Shown here in pieces: positions 44,878 through 54,262 of a stretch of DNA of 64,000 nucleotides. The notes under the pieces were generated by a model. The model worked only from the letters and a program-made list of their open reading frames with translations, was not told the origin of the DNA and did no database searches. This DNA is from Bacteroidales bacterium. Its GTDB lineage: Bacteria > Bacteroidota > Bacteroidia > Bacteroidales > VadinHA17. Both the position numbers and the translations under genes were made by a program. The DNA lies in contig JAXDBC010000076.1 of assembly GCA_034679225.1 (NCBI GenBank), positions 19,941 through 83,940 on the forward strand. The letters run 5' to 3'. Position 1 is the stretch's first letter; every line of letters begins with the position of its first letter.

Positions 44878-46371
44878 TTACCGGATGCCTTCAGGCAGCG
44901 GAGGAATCTCATCCGTGTACATCATCCTGTTCAGCGGAGATATGTCTGAAGTTGATTTGAAAGGCCTGAATGGTGAAAGCCTCACAGCCGCGGCCGATTT
45001 CACTCCACGGATATCGTCAAGACAGGCTTTCAGCAAATCTTCTTCAGGATCTCCAAAGGGCCGCATGTCGACAGCATATTCATTGGCTTCAATATCGGGT
45101 GTAAGGCCATTGGTAAAATCACTGAAACCCGCTGAGTTTGCAATCTTGAGAACTACTGGCTGCATTGCCCATTTATGTCTCGGATTAACAGTTCCTGCAT
45201 TATCGATATAATCCTTAACCGTGAAGGAACCCACATTCTTGCCATAGGTATTGGTACCGACCTGCTTTACTGTGATATAAGGCCTCAGGCCATTGATGAG
45301 CATTTCGGAAGCAGATGCCGTTTCGGAGGATGTAATGACATATATTTCACCAATTCCCAATGAGTTGATAGCTGTTTCAGGTGTATTCTCGGTAGCAGCA
45401 ATCTTATCCTGGAAATACTCGTTGAAATAATCCTGACCGTAGTTTGTAAGATAATAACTCGTCAGAAGATCATTGAACTGTGTTTTGGCAAAAACCAGGG
45501 ATGTATTCGTGGAATGGATCATGCTTGCCAGGTAAATTGCAGAATTTATATATCCGCCCGGATTGTACCTGAGGTCGAGGATAAGTTTGCTGATATTCTC
45601 ATTCTTGAACCTTCCCATTATATTGTTCAGCTCAATATCGTAGGTTGTGCCAATCCTCACATCGTAGGAGTTGATGAAACCGTTGTATACAAGATAGCCC
45701 ACTTTTATTCCATCGACATCCATAATGGTATCCAGAAGAATGGGGTTCTCCATGAGCTCAATCGGTGTAAGCGCCGCCGAGCGTCCGTTCAGCGTGAAGC
45801 TCGTCCCGTTGTAATCCGAGAATTCCATGGTGTAATTCACATTTGTAAAGAGAAGCGACTTGTAGTTGTCATCGGTAAGTTGCTGACCGTTGATATGGGT
45901 GAAAATATCCCCGCGTTTCAGTCCTGCATCGTCGGCGGGAGAATCCTCATAAACATATCTTATTATACCAACGAGCTTATTGCTTGTATTATCAATGTAG
46001 TAGAGCTGGAAGTTAATCCCAACCGTTTTGGAAACACCAGCCAGCCAATCGTCAAGTTCGGCATAATCGTCGACAATAAAGCTGAATTTGTCGACTTCCC
46101 CGTACTTATAAAGAAGTTTGTAGAACAGGGCTTCGGGGTCGGAGCTCTTGTTCAGAAAGGCATTAAGGCTGTCCTTGTTCGTTTCATAGAGGGATTTTGT
46201 CAGCGCGGGCACCTGTTTTTCCCAGAAATAGTAGGTGGAGAGACCGTTGTAGATGAATTTCTTTTCATCACTTGCTTCAGGGATAACAACAGGCTGCGGA
46301 TCCTTCTTGCATCCTCCGGGAACCATCAGAAGCAGAAGAAGGGCGAAATAAAAATATTGCAGACTTTTCAT
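44878..46371 (-). CDS. S41-family peptidase (C-terminal processing type) with PDZ domain, lipoprotein
   Basis: Lipobox PGGC, PDZ (SPADDAGLKRGDIFTHING), S41 core (LDLRYNPGG...; SETASASEMLINGL). Confidence 0.85.
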   Translation of the reverse strand: MKSLQYFYFALLLLLMVPGGCKKDPQPVVIPEASDEKKFIYNGLSTYYFWEKQVPALTKSLYETNKDSLNAFLNKSSDPEALFYKLLYKYGEVDKFSFIVDDYAELDDWLAGVSKTVGINFQLYYIDNTSNKLVGIIRYVYEDSPADDAGLKRGDIFTHINGQQLTDDNYKSLLFTNVNYTMEFSDYNGTSFTLNGRSAALTPIELMENPILLDTIMDVDGIKVGYLVYNGFINSYDVRIGTTYDIELNNIMGRFKNENISKLILDLRYNPGGYINSAIYLASMIHSTNTSLVFAKTQFNDLLTSYYLTNYGQDYFNEYFQDKIAATENTPETAINSLGIGEIYVITSSETASASEMLINGLRPYITVKQVGTNTYGKNVGSFTVKDYIDNAGTVNPRHKWAMQPVVLKIANSAGFSDFTNGLTPDIEANEYAVDMRPFGDPEEDLLKACLDDIRGVKSAAAVRLSPFRPFKSTSDISPLNRMMYTDEIPPLPEGIR

Positions 46372-46826
46372 TGTTTACAGATTTATAGACTAGTTACAAA
46401 ATTAAATAAAATTCCTGATTCTACATATCATTAATTCTCAGGGTAAAATTATCCCGATTACAGCCGCGGGATCAAATTTTATACCAAAATCCTTCTCTTT
46501 CAGAGAAGCTGCCGGTTGATGGATGTTCCTTCGGAGCATGTTATATCCGGGAAATTTTGTGATGGGAACATGATGCAGTAATCCTAATGGTTATGTCCCG
46601 CATAAAAGAAATTTGTTTTTATAGCGAATAATGGCAAAATATTTGCGGGCATATAAGTAATTGAGCAAGCTGTTGAGAAAGCTCAATATTTTAATGTTCG
46701 TCCATTTATTTCCAATACTTGTCAATTTGTTAAGTGAAAGTTTGGATTTTTTTATAATTTTATCATTTTATATTTAAAATGAAATGTAATAACCTGATAA
46801 TCTGTCAGCAAATAAACAAGAACGTA

Positions 46827-47786
46827 ATGAAAAAATTAACAGGATTTCTTCTGGCCGTTTTTATGGCCTTTTCCATTGCTTCCGGACAGGAAAGGAATGA
46901 TGTGATTAAAGTTTATAATGAAGGTGCAAAGCTGCTCCAGACCGACGTCCAGGGTGCCATTACCGCGTTTGAGAATGTGGTCACTCTGTCGGAACAGGTT
47001 GGCGAATCAGCCAACGATCTGAAATCCAAAGCTACGCAAGTGTTGCCGGGATTGTATGTGAGGCTGGCAAACAATGCCATGAAAGAGAACAAGTCGGCCG
47101 CTGAAATAATAAAGGCTGCTAAACTAGCATCAGATGTCTCGGAAAAATACGACAATGAGACAGGCAAGAACAATGCATCGATAATTCTGGTTCAGGGCTA
47201 TAATAAAATGGGTACCGAATTATTTACAGATAAGGACTATGATAATGCCCTTCTCGCGTTCGACAGTCTTCTGGTCATCAACCCCGATTACAGCAATGCC
47301 ATATTCAACAAGGCTTTGATCTACAGGGCACAGAACAATAATGCCGCTTTTGAGGAAAGCATCGATCTTTTCCTTGGAAAGCTTGAAGCAGGCAAGGATG
47401 ATCAGGCGATAAAGCAGGCATCTACTCTTGCTCTTGAGTATTTCCGTGCTGCCGGATCGCAGGCTAACCAGGCTGACAATACCGATGAGGCCCTGGAACT
47501 TCTTAACAAAGCTGCCAAATACGGTGAAGACAAGGATCTTTACTACTATTTTGCAGATGTTTACAATAAAAAGAAATCGTTTGACAGCGGTATCGAATAT
47601 GCCCAGAAAGGCCTGGCCCTGGAAACAGGAGAAGCAGAAGCCAAAGCCAAATTTTATTTCCAGCTTGGTCTCGGACAGGAAGGAAAAGGCCAGACGGCAG
47701 AAGCATGCACTTCATTTAAAAACGCGATGTTCGGACCATTTGCCGAACCCTCAAAGGCAAAAAGGACCAACCTGAAGTGCCAGTAA
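46827..47786 (+). CDS. Tetratricopeptide-repeat protein with signal peptide
   Basis: MKKLTGFLLAVFMAFSIASGQ followed by TPR-like helical repeats. The ATG at 46827 is preferred over the one at 46779. Confidence 0.7.
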   Translation: MKKLTGFLLAVFMAFSIASGQERNDVIKVYNEGAKLLQTDVQGAITAFENVVTLSEQVGESANDLKSKATQVLPGLYVRLANNAMKENKSAAEIIKAAKLASDVSEKYDNETGKNNASIILVQGYNKMGTELFTDKDYDNALLAFDSLLVINPDYSNAIFNKALIYRAQNNNAAFEESIDLFLGKLEAGKDDQAIKQASTLALEYFRAAGSQANQADNTDEALELLNKAAKYGEDKDLYYYFADVYNKKKSFDSGIEYAQKGLALETGEAEAKAKFYFQLGLGQEGKGQTAEACTSFKNAMFGPFAEPSKAKRTNLKCQ

Positions 47787-47837
47787 ACCGTATGTATCAG
47801 TTTTTTACGCCCTGATACCGGGCGAAATCAGATAAAA

Positions 47838-47876
47838 GAAGCAGGAATGACAAATCGTCATTCCTGCTTCTTTTTT
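47838..47876 (+). terminator. Rho-independent terminator after the TPR gene
   Basis: Perfect 14-bp stem GAAGCAGGAATGAC / GTCATTCCTGCTTC, a 5-nt loop, then T6. Confidence 0.85.
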
Positions 47877-48004
47877 ACAAATTGCAAGCCTGATCCCTGA
47901 CCATGGGGTCGAGAGGAGTTTTATGGATTATGTCAGACCATCCGGCCATTTTGAACAGGGGCAGGGAGGAATCGTATTTTCTACGTCGCAAGCCTTCGGT
48001 CATT

Positions 48005-48222
48005 GACAGGGCACAGGGCGCAGGGCACAGGGCACAGGGCACAGGGCACAGGGCACAGGGCGCAGGGCACAGGGCACAGGGCACAGAGCACAGGGACTAA
48101 GAGACAGTACGACTGCAAGACGCAGTACAGGACGACGCGAAGGTTGTTTCGAATGGATCCCCTCCACTGGAGGGGTGGGGGTGGGTTCTGGTAGAGCGAG
48201 AGTGAGGAAGAAAAGCACAGGG
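48005..48222. repeat. Heptamer array (13 x CRCAGGG) plus mosaic modules
   Basis: 48005-48095 holds 13 phased 7-mers. These are followed by degenerate octamers (GACTGCAAGACGCAGTACAGGAC), the module GGTTGTTTCGAATGGATCCCCTCCACTGGAGGGGTGGGGGTGGGTTCTGG, GTAGAGCGAGAGTGAGGAAG, and a terminal CACAGGG. Confidence 0.95.
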
Positions 48223-48362
48223 CGAAGTGATTGGTCATGTAAGTCTCTTACAATGAGGCTTTAGCTTTCTTAGACTTTTAGCCTTTAACATCGTGCCGCG
48301 TACCGTTCTTCTCATTCTTACAAGGACTAAAATCAAAAATTAATTGCATATTCAAAAAACCT

Positions 48363-48395
48363 GTTTAACTTTGACCATCCGGTTAAACCAGATGG
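48363..48395. promoter_or_regulatory. Candidate promoter/operator of the TetR-efflux operon
   Basis: The -7 box TAACTTTG (48366-48373) is embedded in nested inverted repeats GTTTAAC-n12-GTTAAAC and CCATC-n11-GATGG, about 20-50 nt upstream of the TetR ATG. Confidence 0.4.
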
Positions 48396-48415
48396 ATAAA
48401 CTAAAAGGTTAAAAT

Positions 48416-49069
48416 ATGACAGAAGTTGAAAAACAAACCGAAGACAGGATATTCGAATCAGCCACCGAGGTATTTATAGAGAAGGGCATGGACGGGGCAA
48501 GGATGCAGGATATTGCAAACCACGCGGGAATCAACAAGGCTTTGCTCCATTACTATTACCGTACCAAGGAGCAACTTTTCGAAGCGGTTTTTGATAAAAT
48601 GGCAAAATTAATTTTTAGCAGGTTTGCCCCCGTGTTCGACGAAAACGCGTCACTTGAGGAAAAGATCAGGTTCTTTTTCAGGGAACATATTTCCTTCCTT
48701 CAGAAAAATCCCCGTCTCCCCGCGTTCATTATTAATGAAATAAACAGGAATCCGGCAAGAATCAGGAAACTTCTCCGGAAGATTAATATCAATGAATTTT
48801 GGAATACCGTTGAAAGGCAGCATCATGATGAGCTCATCAGGTACAATATCACCAGGGAGTCATTGCCCCAGGTCATGACATCGATAGCGGCAATAAGCGT
48901 ATTTCCTTTCGCGGCGCGTGGTATAATGGAGGTGCTTCTCGAGAAATCAGGTCGGGGCTTCAATGATTACCTGGAAGACAGGAAGGAATTCGCGGCCGGT
49001 TTTGTCATAAGGGCTATTAAAGGCTGTGAAGCTGAAACAAAGGAACAAAGTAAAGGGACTAAAGAATAA
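48416..49069 (+). CDS. TetR/AcrR-family transcriptional regulator
   Basis: HTH FIEKGMDGARMQDIANHAGINKALLHYYYRTKEQLF. Confidence 0.88.
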   Translation: MTEVEKQTEDRIFESATEVFIEKGMDGARMQDIANHAGINKALLHYYYRTKEQLFEAVFDKMAKLIFSRFAPVFDENASLEEKIRFFFREHISFLQKNPRLPAFIINEINRNPARIRKLLRKININEFWNTVERQHHDELIRYNITRESLPQVMTSIAAISVFPFAARGIMEVLLEKSGRGFNDYLEDRKEFAAGFVIRAIKGCEAETKEQSKGTKE

Positions 49070-49081
49070 AAGGTACATCAT

Positions 49082-50380
49082 ATGAACAGGATAATATTAG
49101 CATTCATCTTTCTAGCGATCACCCGGATAATGTCAGGCCAGAACGGAACAATGCTTACTTTAGGGGAATGCTACCTGAAGGCGGAAGCCGCGAGCGCGCT
49201 GGCCGGGGAAAAAGATTCGTACCGTCAGATCTGGGAATTCAGAGACAGGAATATATCGAGTGGCTGGCTTCCGACTCTCGATGTTTCCGGCAGCTTTGTC
49301 TACAATTCAGAAGTGATCGACATAGGCAATTCACTTGGTTCATTGCCGGTACCGGGTATTGCAGATGCTGTCAAACCTATGCCTCATGAGCAATACAGGC
49401 TCAATGTCGACATAAACCAGGTGATTTACGACGGGGGAGCCATAAAGGGAGCCCGCGCCATCGAAAAGGCTGATCTGCTTATAAATGAAAAGCAGTCGGA
49501 AACTGATTTGTACAAACTGAGGAGCCAGATCAACACCTGTTATTTCAATCTGTTGCTTCTCGAAAGACAGGATGAACTTCTGAACAACTATCTCGATCTG
49601 ATTACAAAAAGGATAGCATCCATGTATTCGGGAGTGGAAAACGGTGTGATCCCGCGTTCCGATATCGATGTGATGACCACCGAAAAAATAAAACTTGAGC
49701 AGCAGTTGAGGGAAAGCAGGATACGCGGGGAGTCGTTTCTGAGGATACTGTCGGCGCTTACTGCAACTGATACGGATCCTGCCCCGGAACTGGTGATGCC
49801 CGTTTTCAATACCGATTCAACTGACGTGATTAGCAGGCCCGAGCTGGAGATCTTCGATCTGAGAAAGGATCAGCTTAATGCATACCTGCAGGTAATAAAC
49901 AGCCGCAGGTTGCCTAAAGCCTTTGGATTTGCCACACTTGGCTATGGAAATCCTCCCGGGAACAACTTTTTAAAGGACGAGTTCGCTCCTTATTATATAT
50001 TAGGTGCCGGATTAAAGTGGAATATCTTCGACTGGAACAAGGCAAAGACCGAAAAACAGATAGTAGGACTCCAGCATGTGATAATAGAAAACCGGCAGAA
50101 CGATCTGAACGACAACCTGAACAGGATGCTCGAGGCAAAGAGAGCCGAGATAGAAAGCCTGAAGGCTCTCCTCGAAACCGACCTTGAACTGATCAGTCTC
50201 CGCGAGAGGATAACCTCCTCCGCCGAATCGCAGTATGAAAACGGAACTATCACGGCAACCGATCTGCTGAACGAGATCAACCTGGAAAAACAGGCCCTTA
50301 TAAACCTTGAGATACACAGGATAAACCTGGCAATGGCGCAGGCCGACTACTATAATATAAGCGGAAAAGAAATAGAATGA
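49082..50380 (+). CDS. TolC-family outer membrane efflux protein
   Basis: Signal peptide and two OEP-type repeats; it sits in an efflux operon. Confidence 0.85.
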   Translation: MNRIILAFIFLAITRIMSGQNGTMLTLGECYLKAEAASALAGEKDSYRQIWEFRDRNISSGWLPTLDVSGSFVYNSEVIDIGNSLGSLPVPGIADAVKPMPHEQYRLNVDINQVIYDGGAIKGARAIEKADLLINEKQSETDLYKLRSQINTCYFNLLLLERQDELLNNYLDLITKRIASMYSGVENGVIPRSDIDVMTTEKIKLEQQLRESRIRGESFLRILSALTATDTDPAPELVMPVFNTDSTDVISRPELEIFDLRKDQLNAYLQVINSRRLPKAFGFATLGYGNPPGNNFLKDEFAPYYILGAGLKWNIFDWNKAKTEKQIVGLQHVIIENRQNDLNDNLNRMLEAKRAEIESLKALLETDLELISLRERITSSAESQYENGTITATDLLNEINLEKQALINLEIHRINLAMAQADYYNISGKEIE

Positions 50381-50500
50381 CCACTATACGACATACCCCC
50401 GGGGGAAGGAGTCCGCAACGGGAAAGCTTCATTTCCCCCTATATGGGGGAAAGATAAAAGGGGATCAAATATAAATATTAAACTATCTAATAATATAATC

Positions 50501-51379
50501 ATGAAGTATTTAATGCCGATCATCATCACCGCTGCTCTTTTTGCGGGCTGCAGGGACAAATCAGGCGAAGCTGATGCCTACGGTACTTTTGAAGCCACTG
50601 AGGTAACGGTTTCTTCCGAAACCGGCGGACGCATCCTGACATTCCCGGTAACAGAAGGCATGGAGATAGAGAAAGGAGCCGGAATAGCCCTTACGGACAC
50701 AACTATCTTCAGGCTTCAGCTTAATGAGATCAACGCCGGAATGAATGGCATCAGGACTAAGATCAGTTCAATAAATGCAAAGAATGATATCCTCAGGCAG
50801 CAGATGCAGAACCTGAATGTAAATATCGTGAGGATAGAAAACATGATGAAGGATGATGCCGCCACCAGGAAACAGTATGATGATCTGACCGGACAGATGG
50901 CTGTGATCGAAAAGCAGATAGCTGCAAACAACACCGAAAAGGCATCGGTTGCGGCGGAGTTGTCGGTGTTTGAATCAAAAAAGGCAATCCTGACCGAACA
51001 ACTCTCGAGAGCTTATGTGAGAAGTCCGCTCAAAGGTACAGTTATTGAAAAGTATGCCGAGGCCGGAGAGATAACAACAGCGGGCAGGCCGCTGGTAAAG
51101 ATTGCTGATCTCTCGGTGATGAAGCTGAAAGTGTATGTCAGCGGGGCTCAGCTTGGCGATCTGAAGGTTGGCAGCGAATGCACGGTCAGAGTCGATGACG
51201 GCGACAAGGATTACAAGACATTCCCGGGCCGGATAAGCCATATTTCGGAAAAAGCCGAATTCACTCCCAAAATCATCCAGACCAGGGAGGAAAGGGTGAT
51301 ACTTGTATATGCGGTCACCATCGAGGTGGTAAACGACGGTACAATGAAGTCGGGAATGCCCGGGGAAGCTATTTTCTGA
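50501..51379 (+). CDS. HlyD-family periplasmic adaptor (YbhG-like)
   Basis: Lipobox LFAGC, a coiled-coil hairpin flanked by beta-barrel/lipoyl segments, and C-terminal KSGMPGEAIF. Confidence 0.85.
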   Translation: MKYLMPIIITAALFAGCRDKSGEADAYGTFEATEVTVSSETGGRILTFPVTEGMEIEKGAGIALTDTTIFRLQLNEINAGMNGIRTKISSINAKNDILRQQMQNLNVNIVRIENMMKDDAATRKQYDDLTGQMAVIEKQIAANNTEKASVAAELSVFESKKAILTEQLSRAYVRSPLKGTVIEKYAEAGEITTAGRPLVKIADLSVMKLKVYVSGAQLGDLKVGSECTVRVDDGDKDYKTFPGRISHISEKAEFTPKIIQTREERVILVYAVTIEVVNDGTMKSGMPGEAIF

Positions 51380-51383
51380 GATC

Positions 51384-52310
51384 ATGTCAAAAGCAATTGA
51401 ATCATCAGGTATTTGCAAGACATTCGGGGACAGGCAGGCTCTGAAGAACATCACCTTTGACGTCAACGAAGGAGAGATATTCGGATTCATTGGTCCCGAC
51501 GGAGCCGGTAAAACAACTCTTTTCCGGATCATTAGCACACTTATGCTTCCCGACAGGGGTTCAATGACCATCCTCGGACTCGACAGCACAAAGGGATACA
51601 GAAAGTTAAGGGAAAACATCGGGTATATGCCGGGGCGCTTTAGTCTTTATCTTGATCTGACCGTTGAGGAAAACCTGAACTTTTATGCATCGGTATTCGG
51701 AACCACGGTGGAAGAGAACTATGAGCTTATCAGGGATATCTACTCTCATATCGAGCCTTTCAGGAAAAGACTGGCCGGCAGGCTGTCGGGCGGGATGAAG
51801 CAAAAGCTTGCCCTGTCGTGTGCCCTGATCCACAAACCACGATTGCTTGTACTCGACGAACCCACGACAGGAGTCGACACAGTGTCGCGCACTGAATTCT
51901 GGGAAATGCTGCGGAAGCTGAAACAGAACGGTATAACCATCGTGGTGTCGACTCCATACGTGGACGAGGCAATGAACTGCGACAGGGTTGCACTGATACA
52001 GGAAGGTCAGCTTATGTTGGTGGACAGACCTCAGAATATCAGAGACGGATTCTCACGCGGGCTTTTCAGCGCCAGGGCCGGCGACAAATACCGGTTGCTG
52101 CTTGCCCTGAGAAACTACCCCGCTACGCTTAGCGTCTATCCCTTCGGTGATTCCATACATGTGACTTTTTCTGAAGAAACACCCGGAAGGGAATTATCCG
52201 AACACCTTTTGAGGGCCGGCATTGCCGATGCCGTGATAAGCGAAACAAAAGCAGGTATCGAAGACCGCTTCCTGGAACTTATGGAAAAGAATGAAAAAAG
52301 GAATCAATGA
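51384..52310 (+). CDS. ABC transporter ATP-binding protein 1
   Basis: Walker A GPDGAGKTT, signature LSGGMKQKL, Walker B LLVLDEPT. Confidence 0.92.
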   Translation: MSKAIESSGICKTFGDRQALKNITFDVNEGEIFGFIGPDGAGKTTLFRIISTLMLPDRGSMTILGLDSTKGYRKLRENIGYMPGRFSLYLDLTVEENLNFYASVFGTTVEENYELIRDIYSHIEPFRKRLAGRLSGGMKQKLALSCALIHKPRLLVLDEPTTGVDTVSRTEFWEMLRKLKQNGITIVVSTPYVDEAMNCDRVALIQEGQLMLVDRPQNIRDGFSRGLFSARAGDKYRLLLALRNYPATLSVYPFGDSIHVTFSEETPGRELSEHLLRAGIADAVISETKAGIEDRFLELMEKNEKRNQ

Positions 52311-53080
52311 ATCGAAAAACAGTAATAAAGGTAAGGGAGCTGGTGAAGAAGTTCGGAAGTTTCGTGGCAAACGACAAGCTCAGCTTTGATGTGTATGAAG
52401 GTGAGATATTCGGTTTTCTCGGCGCCAACGGAGCGGGAAAGACAACAGCCATCAGGATACTGACCGGGCTCCTGGAACCGACTTCGGGAGAAGTGATGGT
52501 CGCCGGCTTCGACGCCTGCAGGCAGCCTGAGGAAATTAAAAAGAACATAGGTTACATGTGCCAGAAATTCTCCCTTTATGAGGATCTTACCATCAGGGAG
52601 AACATAATGCTTTACGGCGGCATTTACGGGCTCGACAGAAAGACGATAAAGGAACGGACGGAACGGCTTCTCGACAAACTCAGATTCAGGGAATACGGCG
52701 ACCGCCTGATATCTGCCCTGCCGCTCGGATTAAAGCAGAAACTTGCATTTTCAGTGGCAGTGTTCCATGAGCCAAGAATAGTCTTTCTGGATGAACCGAC
52801 AGGGGGAGTCGATCCGCTGACACGCAGGCAGTTCTGGGAAATGATATATGAAACTGCCTCAGCCGGAATAACGGTTTTTGTGACAACACACTACATGGAT
52901 GAAGCTGAATACTGCGACCGGATATCGATCATGAGCGATGGAAGAATAGTCGCACTTGATACACCTTCGGAGCTTAAGAGGAAATATGATGCCCGCTCGG
53001 TTGAGGATGTTTTCGTGAAGATCGCCCGGCCGGGTATGAAGCATTCCCAGGAAACTGTTGCTATAAATGGATTGGGATGA
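52307..53080 (+). CDS. ABC transporter ATP-binding protein 2
   Basis: Walker A GANGAGKTT, degenerate signature LPLGLKQKL, Walker B VFLDEPT. There is a 4-nt ATGA overlap with the neighbouring gene at each end. Confidence 0.92.
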   Translation: MNRKTVIKVRELVKKFGSFVANDKLSFDVYEGEIFGFLGANGAGKTTAIRILTGLLEPTSGEVMVAGFDACRQPEEIKKNIGYMCQKFSLYEDLTIRENIMLYGGIYGLDRKTIKERTERLLDKLRFREYGDRLISALPLGLKQKLAFSVAVFHEPRIVFLDEPTGGVDPLTRRQFWEMIYETASAGITVFVTTHYMDEAEYCDRISIMSDGRIVALDTPSELKRKYDARSVEDVFVKIARPGMKHSQETVAINGLG

Positions 53081-54186
53081 AGAGATTTTCAGGATTTGTC
53101 AGAAAGGAATTCATTCACATCTTCAGGGATGTCAGAACCCTTGTTATAATATTCGGGATTCCCGCTATAATGATAATCCTATTCGGATATGTGGTCAGCA
53201 CCGACCTGAAAGACGCCAGCCTGGCTTTTCTTGACCTCTCAAAGGACGACGTTACAAGCGAACTTATTGAAAGGACATGCTCATCGGATTTTTTCAGGAA
53301 AACAGCTGACCTTTCAGGCTATCACGATGTTGACAGGGTTCTCAGAAGCGGAAAGGCAAAGGTGGTCATTGTGTTCGGCGAGAATTTCGGAAGAAATCTG
53401 GAATCGGGCAAAAACGCCAGCCTAAGTATTATTGCCGATGGCTCCGAACCCAATACTGCAGCCCTGGTCTCCGCTTATGCCAATGCCATAATTTCCGGAT
53501 TCAGCCAGCTGTCGGTGCCGGCAGGGCAGGCATCCATCCCGGTGATCGTGCCGGAGGTAAGAATGTTCTATAATCCGTCGCTGAAAAGCCAGTTCATGTT
53601 CGTTCCCGGGGTGATAACCATGGTATTGACACTTATATGTGCCTTGATGACTTCCATTACCCTTACAAGGGAGAAAGAGTTCGGAACTATGGAAGTTCTG
53701 CTGGTTTCTCCACTGAAACCTGTTCAGATAATACTGGGGAAAGTCACTCCATATTTCTTCCTTTCGATTGTTAATGTTGTAACAATACTTGTACTGTCGA
53801 GACTGGTATTCGGCTTGCCTGTAAAGGGCAGCCTTATCCTGCTGCTCGCGGAGAGCATGCTATATATCTTCCTTTCACTTTCGATAGGAATTCTGATTTC
53901 GGCCGTGGCAAAGACGATGCAGCAGGCGATCTTTATTTCCCTGGTGGGAATGATGCTTCCTACAGTTCTCCTTTCGGGATTTATATTTCCCATTGAGAAC
54001 ATGCCGAAGATATACGACTGGGTAAGTTCGGTTCTTCCGCCCAGGTATTTCATTGTTATCATCAAGAATATTATGATCAAGGGAACCGGCTTTGCACATG
54101 TCTGTAAGGAAACCCTTATCCTGATCCTGATGACGGTAATCATGATGGGACTTGCAGTAAGGAAGTTCAGTATAAGGCTGCAGTAA
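53077..54186 (+). CDS. ABC-2 type transporter permease (YbhS/YbhR-like) 1
   Basis: N-terminal TM, a large periplasmic loop, then 5 C-terminal TMs of the ABC-2 type. Confidence 0.88.
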   Translation: MKRFSGFVRKEFIHIFRDVRTLVIIFGIPAIMIILFGYVVSTDLKDASLAFLDLSKDDVTSELIERTCSSDFFRKTADLSGYHDVDRVLRSGKAKVVIVFGENFGRNLESGKNASLSIIADGSEPNTAALVSAYANAIISGFSQLSVPAGQASIPVIVPEVRMFYNPSLKSQFMFVPGVITMVLTLICALMTSITLTREKEFGTMEVLLVSPLKPVQIILGKVTPYFFLSIVNVVTILVLSRLVFGLPVKGSLILLLAESMLYIFLSLSIGILISAVAKTMQQAIFISLVGMMLPTVLLSGFIFPIENMPKIYDWVSSVLPPRYFIVIIKNIMIKGTGFAHVCKETLILILMTVIMMGLAVRKFSIRLQ

Positions 54187-54262
54187 GTAACAGGATGAAT
54201 AATAAGCACAAGTCAAAAGACGAAACAGGCACATGATAAACGATAAAAGATAAAACCGGAAA

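Noticed and set aside
45514-46434. 306-aa ORF antisense to the S41 peptidase gene, and similar long antisense ORFs at 9371-10225 in dnaG and 50975-51619 across the HlyD/ABC genes
   Set aside because: They lie fully within, and opposite to, genes with strong family signatures. They have odd composition and non-ATG starts, which is typical of shadow ORFs.
50381-50500. Hairpins (CCCCCGGGGG; TTCCCCC-tatat-GGGGGAA) between the TolC and HlyD genes as a terminator or riboswitch
   Set aside because: There is no U-run and no conserved counterpart elsewhere in the window. Intra-operon stem-loops of this size are common mRNA-processing or stability elements, so the evidence for anything more is insufficient.
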